Below, one piece after another: positions 49,476-58,912 of a DNA stretch of 64,000 bases. The stretch lies in contig JBNOKO010000001.1 in assembly GCA_050311575.1 (NCBI GenBank), positions 520,408-584,407 on the forward strand, written 5' to 3'. The notes beneath the pieces are model-generated. The model did no database searches. It was not told where the DNA came from and saw only the letters and a list, made by a program, of their open reading frames with translations. The position numbers were made by a program, and so were the translations under genes. The stretch comes from Candidatus Krakonobacterium acarorum. GTDB lineage: Bacteria > Bacteroidota > Bacteroidia > SolTP2. Position 1 is the stretch's first letter. Every line of letters begins with the position of its first letter.

Positions 49476-50180
49476 TTAATAAGTTATTAAATCGTCAATG
49501 TTGATATTAAGTTGTTCAAACTTACAGTTTAGGTATGGTACTTTTGTCTTGTCAGCGATTGTAGGGTTTAGTATATTATTTTCATATATGCTGGTTATCT
49601 TTATTTTAAATAATTTATGTTTGGTGCTATCAGTTTGATCATTAGTAATTAGTAGGAGAGTTCTATTCGGTAACGGTGTAACTAGATGTGTCTTCATGTC
49701 ATATTTTGCCCAGCCTTCTGTATTTCCTACCAAATGATGCATCCCAAAATTTTTTAAGTTTTGAAACTTGTTATTAAAACTATTTTTGGGGCCAAACTTT
49801 TCTAATATTTTTTCTACTGTAACGCTATCAAATTCTATATCTATAAAATTTAGGCGTCCGCTTAAAGATGTATTCGCATTTATACTTGATGCATATATGT
49901 TACTCATTTTAAAATCCCAATGATCTTTTTCTGCTATAAGACCTTTTGTATTAAGGCTTATATAGTTAATACCGTCTTTATTTAAAAACAAACTATATAT
50001 AATCTCTGACTCCTTTTCTTCTTCTTCGGTTTCTTCTACAGGTTTATTATTTTGAGGATTTGGGTTTCCTTCTAATTTGGGATGATAATAATCATCGTTA
50101 CAAGATGTAGGTACTAATAAAGATATAACAATTAGTAGAGCTAGTGTTAATGTAAAATTTTTACAGAAAAAAGTTTTCAT
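49476..50180 (-). CDS. Lipoprotein, paralogue 4 of the tandem family (HmuY-like, tentative)
   Basis: Lipobox VPTSC|N. It is about 70 % identical to paralogue 3 over the C-terminal 150 aa (HWDFKMS, GRLNFIDIEFD, NLKNFGMHH, EGWAKYDMKTHLVTPLPNRTLLLIT). Confidence 0.5.
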   Translation of the reverse strand: MKTFFCKNFTLTLALLIVISLLVPTSCNDDYYHPKLEGNPNPQNNKPVEETEEEEKESEIIYSLFLNKDGINYISLNTKGLIAEKDHWDFKMSNIYASSINANTSLSGRLNFIDIEFDSVTVEKILEKFGPKNSFNNKFQNLKNFGMHHLVGNTEGWAKYDMKTHLVTPLPNRTLLLITNDQTDSTKHKLFKIKITSIYENNILNPTIADKTKVPYLNCKFEQLNINIDDLITY

Positions 50181-50451
50181 AATATTAGTTTTTGGGTGGG
50201 TTATATAATATATGCGTGTAGGATATTGTATAAATTTTGCTTAACTGGCAACAATTCCCTCTGTAGAGATATAAAATTTAATACTTATTAAGTGCAATAT
50301 AGTAAAAACTTTATCAATTGTTTTTTGACTTTTTTAGCTTATAGCCTGATTATTATGATATAAACGATGGGTATATTTTAAAATCTAAAAATATAAATCG
50401 AGATAATATTAATGAGGATTATCTGTATTCGTGTAGGGCTTTTGGTTCAAT

Positions 50452-51138
50452 TTAATCGGTGATTAAATTGTCGATGTCTATGTTAAGTGCTTCAAATCTG
50501 GATGTAAGGTATGGAACTTTTTTCTTGTCAGCTATCGTTGGTTTTAATATGCAGCCTTCGTACATACTCATAATTTTTATTTTCAATAATTTATGTTTTG
50601 TGCTGTTTGTTGGATCAGCAGTGATTAGTAGAAGTGTTCTATCTGGTAGCGGCTTAACTATATGTGTACTAATATCATAGTTTGCCCAACCCTCTTCTTC
50701 ACCTAAGAAATGGTGCATACCAAAATCTTTTAAGTTTATAAACTTACTATTAAAAGTGCCTTTGTCTCCAAACTTTTCTAATACGGCATCAGTAGTAACT
50801 TTATCAAATTCTATGTCTATAAAATTTAATCTTCCTTTTATAGATGTATTAGCGTTTATATTTGATGTGTATATTCCACTCATTTTAAAATCCCAGTGCT
50901 CTTTATCTGATACAACTTTTTTGTTGTTAATGTCTAAATAATTGTTATTGTTTTCAGAGCTGTCTAATTGCAAAGAATATATAACGTTTTTGCATCCGTT
51001 AATTTCATAGCACTCTAACTTTTGCCCCCCTTGGTCTATTTTATTAGAATCTTTTTTACAAGCTATTATAACGATTGTTAATAATAACGAGAGTACTATA
51101 AATGTCAATTTACAGTTTTTGATAAATAGCATTTTCAT
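50452..51138 (-). CDS. Lipoprotein, paralogue 3 of the tandem family (HmuY-like, tentative)
   Basis: Lipobox IIAC|K. It carries the same conserved blocks, including three conserved His positions (HWDF, FGMHH, THIV). Confidence 0.5.
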   Translation of the reverse strand: MKMLFIKNCKLTFIVLSLLLTIVIIACKKDSNKIDQGGQKLECYEINGCKNVIYSLQLDSSENNNNYLDINNKKVVSDKEHWDFKMSGIYTSNINANTSIKGRLNFIDIEFDKVTTDAVLEKFGDKGTFNSKFINLKDFGMHHFLGEEEGWANYDISTHIVKPLPDRTLLLITADPTNSTKHKLLKIKIMSMYEGCILKPTIADKKKVPYLTSRFEALNIDIDNLITD

Positions 51139-51178
51139 AATATTAATATTTGTTATCGCAAGTCTTAAAATAAATTCT

Positions 51179-51309
51179 ATTGCTTATAAATTATTATCTT
51201 AGTTTATAAGCAATAGACACAAAAGAAATTGTATATAAAACTATAAAGCACGATATATTATTTTATGTAGAATAACTATGCATTAATCCCATGATTATAA
51301 TGCATAGTT
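51179..51309. repeat. Two perfect 12-bp-stem hairpins in the spacer between paralogues 2 and 3
   Basis: 51179-51214: ATTGCTTATAAA-(12 nt)-TTTATAAGCAAT. 51274-51309: AACTATGCATTA-(12 nt)-TAATGCATAGTT. The second lies about 55 nt downstream of the paralogue-2 stop, and the first about 40 nt upstream of the paralogue-3 start. Confidence 0.4.
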
Positions 51310-51364
51310 ATATAAATTTTTCTGTAAGATTGATTTTGTAATCTTTAAAATCTATAAGTTTACT

Positions 51365-52000
51365 CTAAAAGGGCGATTCTAACTCTTTGAAATCGCAGCT
51401 AAGGAAAGGCGCTTTGTTTGTTGCTGGATCAGCATTTTGATACAGACTACTAATTTTCAGCTTATACAGTTTCTTCATGTTTGTTTCAGGATTTGTAGTT
51501 ACTAATAGAATCGTTCTATTAGGCATTGATGTAACTTTGTGTGTAACTCCGTTGTATTCAACCCATCCTTCTTGATTCCCATTTAAAGGATTTTTGTGTA
51601 TACCAAAATCACTTATATTAGAAAATTTTTCTAAAAAATTTTCTTTAGTTGCCTTAAAGGCTTTTAATACCTCATCAGTTGTAACGTCGTCATAGGCTTT
51701 ATCAATATAATTGATTGCACCATGGTTGTTTGTATTAGCATTTATGTTTGATGCATACGTTCCGCTCATTGAAAAATCCCAATGTGCTGTGTTATCTACT
51801 AAGTTTCTATTTTTTAAGTTTATGTAGTTAACGCTACCTTTTGCGTTTGCCAATTCTAAGCTATAAATAGAACCTTCCTCTTTTGGTGGTTTTATATAAT
51901 AACTATCATCGTTTCCGCACGATATTACAAATAGGGTTGCTGCTACCAATAATAAGCTTAATAAAATTTTTGATAGAAATAAAGTTGTATTAATTTTCAT
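51365..52000 (-). CDS. Lipoprotein, paralogue 2 of the tandem family (HmuY-like, tentative)
   Basis: Lipobox VISC|G. Conserved blocks are AHWDFSMSGTYASNINANT, INYIDKAYD, FSNISDFGIH, EGWVEYNGVTHKV and PNRTILLVT. Confidence 0.5.
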   Translation of the reverse strand: MKINTTLFLSKILLSLLLVAATLFVISCGNDDSYYIKPPKEEGSIYSLELANAKGSVNYINLKNRNLVDNTAHWDFSMSGTYASNINANTNNHGAINYIDKAYDDVTTDEVLKAFKATKENFLEKFSNISDFGIHKNPLNGNQEGWVEYNGVTHKVTSMPNRTILLVTTNPETNMKKLYKLKISSLYQNADPATNKAPFLSCDFKELESPF

Positions 52001-52107
52001 TTGTATAATGAATTTTGATTGTTTATAAATGTAATTTGTTGTCTCTTTATAGGTTATAAATCATAAAATACAGTAGTAAAAGTATAGTATTTAGTAAAAG
52101 GCTTTCT

Positions 52108-52737
52108 TTATAATTTTATGATACCTTCAGTTTCAATTTCTTTGTATCTGAAGCTTATAAAGGCTGCTTTGGAGTTCTGATCCGGGTTAGCTGGAGCGTC
52201 TTTATAGACACTTTTAATTTCTATTATGTACATTTTTTTGTTTGTATTGTTTGCTGATACCGGCGTAATTAGTACTAATGTTCGATCTTTTACTGGTAAT
52301 AAAATGTTATTACTATTTTTTTGTATCCAACCAACTTGCGTGTCGGTATTCAACCCAAAGTCCTGAATATTTGTAAAATTTTCTAAACTCCCATTAGAAC
52401 CTGTAAATTTTTTTGTTATATCTGCTAAAGAAACTTCGTTGAATGCTTTGTCAATAAAGTTTAATTTTCCTTGACTTGTTGAATATTTTGTATTTGAATT
52501 TATATGGTAGTTTTGTTTCCAGTTAAATTTTAAATCCCATGAACCATCTTCGTTGGATTCTTTGTTCAGAGGCAAACTATAGTATACATCTATTGTTGTA
52601 TTTTCACCCTTTGGTAATAGGTGTAAGTTATTTTTTGTTTTTATTTTGTCCTCTACTTGTTCTTTTGAGCAATTAAATAGGATTAAAGATATCAAAGACA
52701 GACATATTATGTTGAAAGTTTTCATTTTTATGTTCAT
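52108..52737 (-). CDS. Lipoprotein, paralogue 1 of the tandem family. It is the most divergent and lacks the conserved His positions.
   Basis: Lipobox ILFNC|S. It is homologous to paralogues 2-5 (GKLNFIDKAFNEV, FTNIQDFG, GWIQ, DRTLVLIT), but the His positions are replaced (SWDLKF, LNTD, NNIL). Its start overlaps the TonB-dependent receptor stop in an ATGA arrangement. Confidence 0.5.
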   Translation of the reverse strand: MNIKMKTFNIICLSLISLILFNCSKEQVEDKIKTKNNLHLLPKGENTTIDVYYSLPLNKESNEDGSWDLKFNWKQNYHINSNTKYSTSQGKLNFIDKAFNEVSLADITKKFTGSNGSLENFTNIQDFGLNTDTQVGWIQKNSNNILLPVKDRTLVLITPVSANNTNKKMYIIEIKSVYKDAPANPDQNSKAAFISFRYKEIETEGIIKL

Positions 52738-54803
52738 TGCGTTTGTTGATTCGAGTAATTATAAATTATAGACACACTAAATGACCTTCCTGGTAAAGTA
52801 GTTAAGTAAGGACTTGTATAATCAGTTAGGTTATATATAGAAAAATTTAGCTTGATTTTTTTTTGGACTAAATAAGTATCTATACCTGCATTTACAGTAA
52901 AGTACCCTGGTAAATATTCATCTTCTCTATTTAGAAGCCCGTTTCCATCTTGATCTATGTAGCCATATTTAGATCTCCATATTCCCCGTATAGATGCTTC
53001 CAGGTTTTTAGATAGCATATAACTAAATTTGATATTTCCTGAATATTTCGATCTGTTAAATAACCCATAATCTTTTTCATGTTTATTTTGAGCCTTTTTT
53101 CTTGCTTCTATATCGTAGGCATTAAGGTATTGAAAGCCTAAACCAGCTTGCATTTTAGGTGTTATATAAACACTAGTATTTAGATCTAAGCCATCTATAT
53201 GGATATTTCTTAGATTTTTATACGAGTAGATTAATGTGTTATCTTTTTTCATTGCCACCGCAATAGGTTCTATAAGATCAGTTACTCTATTAATAAAATA
53301 ATTAGTAGTTAATATAATATTAGAAAATTTTTTGGTTAATCCAAAGGAATAATTCCATGAATGTTCTGGTTGTAAGTATTTAATTGTATTTATATCGCTT
53401 ATAAGCATGTGATCTAAATTTCCACTTTGTTCCAGTTTGTCTATAAAGTTTTTAATTTCCTGAGTCCCTAATACCAGATAACCTATATTAGCATTGTTAA
53501 AATTCATATACAATTGCCTAAATGCTGGCAGAGCAAAGCCCTTAGCTATGTAGAAATTAGCAGTTAGATTTTTTGAGAAATCGTAGTTTAAGTTAAAACT
53601 GGGGCTGAAATTTGTTGATGGTGTAGATACAAGGTCATAGCTTATGCCAGGAGATACTTCAAGCTTGTTATTAAGCAAATCTTTTGCATAAAATATTAGA
53701 AAACTGCGTGTAGTATTACGAGATACTTTATTGTCGTATCTGGTAGCTTTTAGGGTTTCATAGTAATCATCTAAACCAAGTTTAAAGCTTAAATGTTTAT
53801 TAACATTGATGTCATATAAAGCATTTATTTTGTATAGAGCCTCGTTAAAATAGCTTTCGTTAAGTAGTTCATCAGATTTTTTTGAGAACGTTTTTGTACT
53901 ATTGTTAAAAGATGTGAAATAAGATTTAACTTTAACTGTTGAATTATTATTAAGTGTATAGGTTAGCTCGGGGCTTATATTTGCTCGGATTACTAAATTA
54001 TTGTCTTTAGCTAATGAATTGACTGAGCTTTGATTAATAAATTGAAGTTCATGGCTATATAGAGTATTGAGCGTAAAATCTAAATTTTTATTATTAAAAT
54101 TATATTTTATACCAGCTGAATTATTACGTAACGGAAAGGTAGTTTGTAGTTGAGTATTGTCGTTTTGTTTTATTTTGTAGCCAGATGTTGTATAGCGATT
54201 TAGAAAAAAAGACAATCCGTTAGATTTGTTTTTATAGTTAGTATTTAAACTAATATCATATGTGTTAAAACTACCAGCTTTGATTTTCGGTGTTACATAA
54301 AACCCTGGTACTATAGGTTTAGTTACTATGTTTATGACGCCTGCTATTGCTTGGCTGCCATATTCTAATGATGGTCCTTTTATTATTTCGATCTTCTCTA
54401 TAGAGTTTCTAACGCTTATTTTTTCTGTATCGAATATGCCGGCAGTCCGACCTATTAATGGCATACCATCTATATTAAATTGTATATATTCTGAATTTAA
54501 TCCACGCATCTGTATGTCTTTACCGTGTAAAGTTGGGAAAGAGTATATGCCAGATTGTTCTTCAAGAACCGCATCAAGATTGTCAGGATTAATTGCACCT
54601 AATTCTTTATCACTAATTGTTGTAGTATTTGTTTTTATATCTACATTGTCATTTATAGGAGAATCCGATATTATAACAGGTTTTATCGTGATCCTTGTGT
54701 GGGGATTTATATTGCCATCTTGAGCGTGAATTTCTATGGGATTGTAGATTGCGATGTTTGTATAAATCAAGGGTATCAGTAATATTATTATAATATAGCG
54801 CAT
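52734..54803 (-). CDS. TonB-dependent outer-membrane receptor
   Basis: A signal peptide is followed by an N-terminal plug domain (DAVLEEQSGIY, GAIAGVINIVTKP) and a C-terminal beta-barrel with a terminal aromatic residue. Length is 689 aa. Confidence 0.8.
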   Translation of the reverse strand: MRYIIIILLIPLIYTNIAIYNPIEIHAQDGNINPHTRITIKPVIISDSPINDNVDIKTNTTTISDKELGAINPDNLDAVLEEQSGIYSFPTLHGKDIQMRGLNSEYIQFNIDGMPLIGRTAGIFDTEKISVRNSIEKIEIIKGPSLEYGSQAIAGVINIVTKPIVPGFYVTPKIKAGSFNTYDISLNTNYKNKSNGLSFFLNRYTTSGYKIKQNDNTQLQTTFPLRNNSAGIKYNFNNKNLDFTLNTLYSHELQFINQSSVNSLAKDNNLVIRANISPELTYTLNNNSTVKVKSYFTSFNNSTKTFSKKSDELLNESYFNEALYKINALYDINVNKHLSFKLGLDDYYETLKATRYDNKVSRNTTRSFLIFYAKDLLNNKLEVSPGISYDLVSTPSTNFSPSFNLNYDFSKNLTANFYIAKGFALPAFRQLYMNFNNANIGYLVLGTQEIKNFIDKLEQSGNLDHMLISDINTIKYLQPEHSWNYSFGLTKKFSNIILTTNYFINRVTDLIEPIAVAMKKDNTLIYSYKNLRNIHIDGLDLNTSVYITPKMQAGLGFQYLNAYDIEARKKAQNKHEKDYGLFNRSKYSGNIKFSYMLSKNLEASIRGIWRSKYGYIDQDGNGLLNREDEYLPGYFTVNAGIDTYLVQKKIKLNFSIYNLTDYTSPYLTTLPGRSFSVSIIYNYSNQQTQ

Positions 54804-55097
54804 ATAGACAGTAATTGTTCCTTTTTAGATTAAGCTGATAATTAATTTCTGTAAAGTTAATAATTAATGCAAGTGCTTCCTATACTTATTTGATATAAAT
54901 CTAAATAAATTTAATTGTAGCTTTTTTGTACGTTTATGACCTTTTTTAGTGACTATTGAGTTGGATTAATTAATCTTTATTTGATTAAGTATTAAGTTCT
55001 GTAGGCTATTAGGGTGGATATATGCTAATTATATTATTAATTGGCATATTTAGTGTTTTTAGCTAATTTTACAGTTATATTTCATCGTTTAAAGTAG

Positions 55098-55472
55098 ATG
55101 TATAAAAAAAACGAAATAGACATTAAGGTTACAGTTAATAGGATAAATAATAGTAGAGATTTTGGTTCTAAAGAATTCATTTTTGTTTACGAAGTCTGTA
55201 TTATTAATAATACTGCGCTCAAATGGGATCTATTAGATATACGCTCTAAAATAAAATATTTATTTGGCCCCTCCAGCAAAAGCAAGAGTATAAATAATCT
55301 AAATAATGAGTCGACTATAAAACCTTACGCAAACTATATATTCAGGCGTACTGTTGCATTAAAGGATGTATTAGGAAAGGTACATATAGAGGCTGTTGTT
55401 ACCAACAATATTTATGGATGTAAAGTTTTGTGCGCCGAAAAGAGTTTGGTTGCTTTGTCGGTTGTAAACTAA
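55098..55472 (+). CDS. apaG: ApaG-domain (DUF525) protein
   Basis: 124 aa. The pattern IDIKVTV...FIFVYEVCIINNT...KWDLLDIRSKI matches the ApaG beta-sandwich consensus (I.V.V..Y....F.Y.I.I.N......R.W.I.D). Confidence 0.5.
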   Translation: MYKKNEIDIKVTVNRINNSRDFGSKEFIFVYEVCIINNTALKWDLLDIRSKIKYLFGPSSKSKSINNLNNESTIKPYANYIFRRTVALKDVLGKVHIEAVVTNNIYGCKVLCAEKSLVALSVVN

Positions 55473-56440
55473 TTTTGGTCTAGATTGAGTAATATATTTT
55501 TGGCTTCATCTAAAGTTTTAGAATTCATAAGAGCTATTTTTATATTTTTAAAATTTTCTATTTCTTTAAAATATTTGCTATAGTGTTGTCTTATTGTAAA
55601 TATGCCTTTTTCACCGTGCCACTGGTTAGCTTTTTCTAAGTGTTCGATGCATATTTTAATCCTATCATTTAGTTTCATGGTTTCGTCTTGGCTTTTACGG
55701 TTATTGAGAAAATCTTTAACTTCTTTAAATATCCAAGGTCTGCCTATTGCAGCTCTACCTATCATTACTCCATCTACTTTAAAATTATTGAATCCATCTA
55801 GCGCTTCTTTACCGTTAGTTATATCTCCATTACCAAAAATTGGTATTTTTATTTTTGGATCTTCTTTGATTTTTTTTATTAAGGTCCAATCTGATAAGCC
55901 CTTAAATAATTGCATTCTGGTTCTTCCGTGTATTGTTAATCCTTGTATTCCTATGTCTTGAAGTAGGCGCGCTACCTCGCATATGTTTTTAGAATCTTCA
56001 TCCCAACCTAAGCGAGTCTTTACTGTTACCGGTAGATGTGTTGATTTGATTACTGCTTCGGTTATTTTTAGCATAGCAGGTATATCTCGTAGCATCCCTG
56101 AACCTGCCCCTTTTAAGGCAATCTTTTTTACCGGGCACCCATAATTTATATCTATGATATCAGGCCCAATGTCTGTTGCGATTTTAGTTGCTTCTTGCAT
56201 AGCATACAAGTCCTTACCGTATAATTGAATACCAATAGGACGTTCTATGTCAAAAATCTGTAGTTTTTTTTTAGCCTTTGCAATATTTCTAGACAATGCA
56301 TCTGATGATACGAATTCTGTATACATAAGATCGGCACCAAATTTTTTACATAGTTGCCTGAATGGGAAATCAGACACATCCTCCATCGGAGCAAGTATAA
56401 TCGGATTGAGTGGGAGCTCTACATTGCCTATTTGTATCAT
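55469..56440 (-). CDS. dusB: tRNA-dihydrouridine synthase
   Basis: ILAPMEDVSD forms the FMN-binding TIM barrel, NYGCP contains the catalytic Cys, and TIHGRT is present. Length is 323 aa. Confidence 0.8.
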   Translation of the reverse strand: MIQIGNVELPLNPIILAPMEDVSDFPFRQLCKKFGADLMYTEFVSSDALSRNIAKAKKKLQIFDIERPIGIQLYGKDLYAMQEATKIATDIGPDIIDINYGCPVKKIALKGAGSGMLRDIPAMLKITEAVIKSTHLPVTVKTRLGWDEDSKNICEVARLLQDIGIQGLTIHGRTRMQLFKGLSDWTLIKKIKEDPKIKIPIFGNGDITNGKEALDGFNNFKVDGVMIGRAAIGRPWIFKEVKDFLNNRKSQDETMKLNDRIKICIEHLEKANQWHGEKGIFTIRQHYSKYFKEIENFKNIKIALMNSKTLDEAKNILLNLDQN

Positions 56441-56456
56441 TTATTTATATAATGAA

Positions 56457-57113
56457 TTAAAATTTAGCTATTAAAGTCCGTCCTCCACTAACTTTATCAT
56501 TAACCCTTACTAGTACTTTAGCATCTAAAGGTAAAAATATATCTATCCTAGAACCAAATTTTATAAAACCCATTTCTTCCCCTTGCTTTACAATATCCCC
56601 CTGTTTTGGGTAATATACAATCCGTCTTGCTATTATGCCAGCAATTTGCCTAAACAATACAGAGTGCCCTTTTTTATTTTCTATAACTATAGAGGTATGT
56701 TCGTTCTTGGTTGAAGCTTTAGGATACTTTGCAATAAGGTGCTTTCCAGGATGGTATTTTAAATATTTCACTATACCACTAATAGGATTTCTGTTTACGT
56801 GTACATCCAAAGGAGACATAAATATGGATATAAGCAAGCGCTCTGATTTATAATATTCAGGTTCTAGTATCCTTACTATCTGTACAATTTTGCCATTTGC
56901 TGAAGCAATAATACCTGTATCGTCAAATACAGTTTGGATGCTAGGGGTTCTAAAAAAATATACTACACCAAGTAATGTAAGTATTGCAATTATATAAGAA
57001 GCATATTGTAAAGTAGTTATATTGCTGAAAAATTTATCGGCTATTACCGCTATTATTATTCCTATTACTGTTGCTACTAACAATGATCTTCTACCTTCTC
57101 TGTGAAAACGCAT
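56457..57113 (-). CDS. psd: Phosphatidylserine decarboxylase proenzyme (short form)
   Basis: 218 aa, with an N-terminal TM helix. The C-terminus FIKFGSRIDIFLP contains the G-S self-cleavage site, which is GST in canonical Psd and GSR here. Confidence 0.75.
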   Translation of the reverse strand: MRFHREGRRSLLVATVIGIIIAVIADKFFSNITTLQYASYIIAILTLLGVVYFFRTPSIQTVFDDTGIIASANGKIVQIVRILEPEYYKSERLLISIFMSPLDVHVNRNPISGIVKYLKYHPGKHLIAKYPKASTKNEHTSIVIENKKGHSVLFRQIAGIIARRIVYYPKQGDIVKQGEEMGFIKFGSRIDIFLPLDAKVLVRVNDKVSGGRTLIAKF

Positions 57114-57139
57114 CTTTTGATATAAAAATTCTTAAAAGT

Positions 57140-57988
57140 TTATAATATAAAAATAAGATAAATTTTTATTATAGGTGCTACTATTAATAAAGCGTCAAAC
57201 CTATCTAATAGACCACCGTGGCCTGGCAATATGTTACCTGAATCTTTAACCTGTAGAAATCTTTTTAATTTAGATTCTATTAGATCACCTATAGCTCCAA
57301 GGATTGATACAATTAGTCCTATTGTTATCCATGCAAATTTACCAATAATTTCTAATTCTTTGTTAAATAAATAATATAGTAGGAATATACTTATTAAAGT
57401 TGTTAGCAATCCACCTATAAATCCTTCGCGAGTTTTGTTTGGTGAAACACTTTTAAATAACGCTTTTCTACCAATTAAACGGCCAACTATATAAGCACCG
57501 GTATCATTCGTCCATATTAATAATATTATAGTGAAAATAATAAAAGGGGAGTAGGTGCCATTGATAAATGCAATGTCCATAAATAAAATAAATGGTATGC
57601 ATATATATAGCAAGTTAAAAATTGCAATATGTGGCGCCTGAAGGTTAGCGTGTTTCGTTTTAAATAAGTTAGTTACAAGAAACGTTATATTGGCCAATAT
57701 TAAAATAAAGGATAAACCAGAATAAAAGTAAAGGCTACCGTATTTATCAAAATTTGCCTTATTAATAATAAAAAATATTAATATTAGTATATGGAATATC
57801 GATATTAAAAATTTAAAAGTCTTATCTATATATGATTTAAATAAAGTGTTAAATTCATTCATAGCAATCAGACTTATTATTGCAAAAAGCAATAAAAATG
57901 AATATTGGCTAAAAAAAATTCCTGAAACCAATATTAATACAAATATAAATCCGGAGATACTGCGTTTAATAAAAGAGTTTGTAATCAT
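57140..57988 (-). CDS. cdsA: Phosphatidate cytidylyltransferase
   Basis: A polytopic membrane protein of 282 aa. The C-terminal signature is SKLKRFLQVKDSGNILPGHGGLLDRFDAL. Confidence 0.8.
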   Translation of the reverse strand: MITNSFIKRSISGFIFVLILVSGIFFSQYSFLLLFAIISLIAMNEFNTLFKSYIDKTFKFLISIFHILILIFFIINKANFDKYGSLYFYSGLSFILILANITFLVTNLFKTKHANLQAPHIAIFNLLYICIPFILFMDIAFINGTYSPFIIFTIILLIWTNDTGAYIVGRLIGRKALFKSVSPNKTREGFIGGLLTTLISIFLLYYLFNKELEIIGKFAWITIGLIVSILGAIGDLIESKLKRFLQVKDSGNILPGHGGLLDRFDALLIVAPIIKIYLIFIL

Positions 57989-58884
57989 GCCTGTATAGTT
58001 GATTCGTTTAATTTTTTCTTAATGGTCCTAAAAATAATAATGGTTACTATTACGCTAATTACAATGAAATACCATAAGGTAGTAACCTGGCTGTTTTCCA
58101 TATTAGATAAAGGCACATTAAAAGCATAATATGCAACTACTATAGCTCCATTATTTATAAAGTGTGCAATTATAGGATATATTAATGAGGAAGACCAATA
58201 AAATAAATAACCTAAGTATAAGCTGATAAGGAGCCGCGGTAAAATGCCTATTATGTCAATATGAATTACACTAAAAATTATGCTTGTTAAGATTATAGCA
58301 AGATGAGGACTGAATTTGTAGCTAAAGAAATTTTGTATTATGCCCCTAAAAAATAATTCTTCGCCTATTGCTGGAATCAGTGCGATTATGATAATATTTA
58401 GGGCTATATCTAGCACACCTTTTTGTACTAATAAGGATTTTAATATGGCTTGATTCACCAGATCCTGATTCTTAGCTATTATCAGCAAATGTTTAAATAC
58501 ATCTAATGATAATAACTTTTGCCACATAATTTCAGAAGTACTTATTATTGGTGAAGAGGCGAAAAAAAAAATTATTAGAAGCGTTATAACTGTAATTGGT
58601 TGCTTTTGCTTAACGTAAAATAAGGTTTTATAGTTATAATTTGTGCTTATAAAAAACACTAATGGCGCTAAGATAAATATAATAATAGAACTTAAAAGCT
58701 GTATGGTTTTTAAAGCGTATATATTTTTATTATCCTGTATGGTATAAATATCTTCAATATTTACATTTAACAATGTACTTATTAGTAGCGACACTAATTG
58801 AGATAATATCATAGCTGCTGCTAGGATTCCTATGAAATATAATATTTTTTTTAGGTAAGTAGAGTTTTTAAACGAAGTTGTCAT
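57985..58884 (-). CDS. CPBP-family (CAAX-type) intramembrane metalloprotease
   Basis: EELFFRG and the FSVIH and HFINN motifs are present, with about 7 TM helices. An ATGA overlap joins it to cdsA. Confidence 0.7.
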   Translation of the reverse strand: MTTSFKNSTYLKKILYFIGILAAAMILSQLVSLLISTLLNVNIEDIYTIQDNKNIYALKTIQLLSSIIIFILAPLVFFISTNYNYKTLFYVKQKQPITVITLLIIFFFASSPIISTSEIMWQKLLSLDVFKHLLIIAKNQDLVNQAILKSLLVQKGVLDIALNIIIIALIPAIGEELFFRGIIQNFFSYKFSPHLAIILTSIIFSVIHIDIIGILPRLLISLYLGYLFYWSSSLIYPIIAHFINNGAIVVAYYAFNVPLSNMENSQVTTLWYFIVISVIVTIIIFRTIKKKLNESTIQA

Positions 58885-58912
58885 TATTATTTTAATACTC
58901 TGGATTGTTAAA

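Noticed and set aside
56457-57113. psd as a pseudogene, because the canonical LGST self-cleavage motif reads FGSR
   Set aside because: The Gly-Ser bond that undergoes serinolysis is preserved and the rest of the protein is intact. Short-form Psd enzymes vary at the +1 position.
3631-57988. 4-nt ATGA start/stop overlaps (gmhB/DUF3810 at 3631-3634 and cdsA/CPBP at 57985-57988) and the 23-nt lptB/recJ overlap, considered as programmed frameshift or fusion sites
   Set aside because: Each pair consists of two full-length, independently recognisable proteins. The overlaps are ordinary translational coupling, not frameshift signatures. There is no slippery heptamer and no truncated domain.
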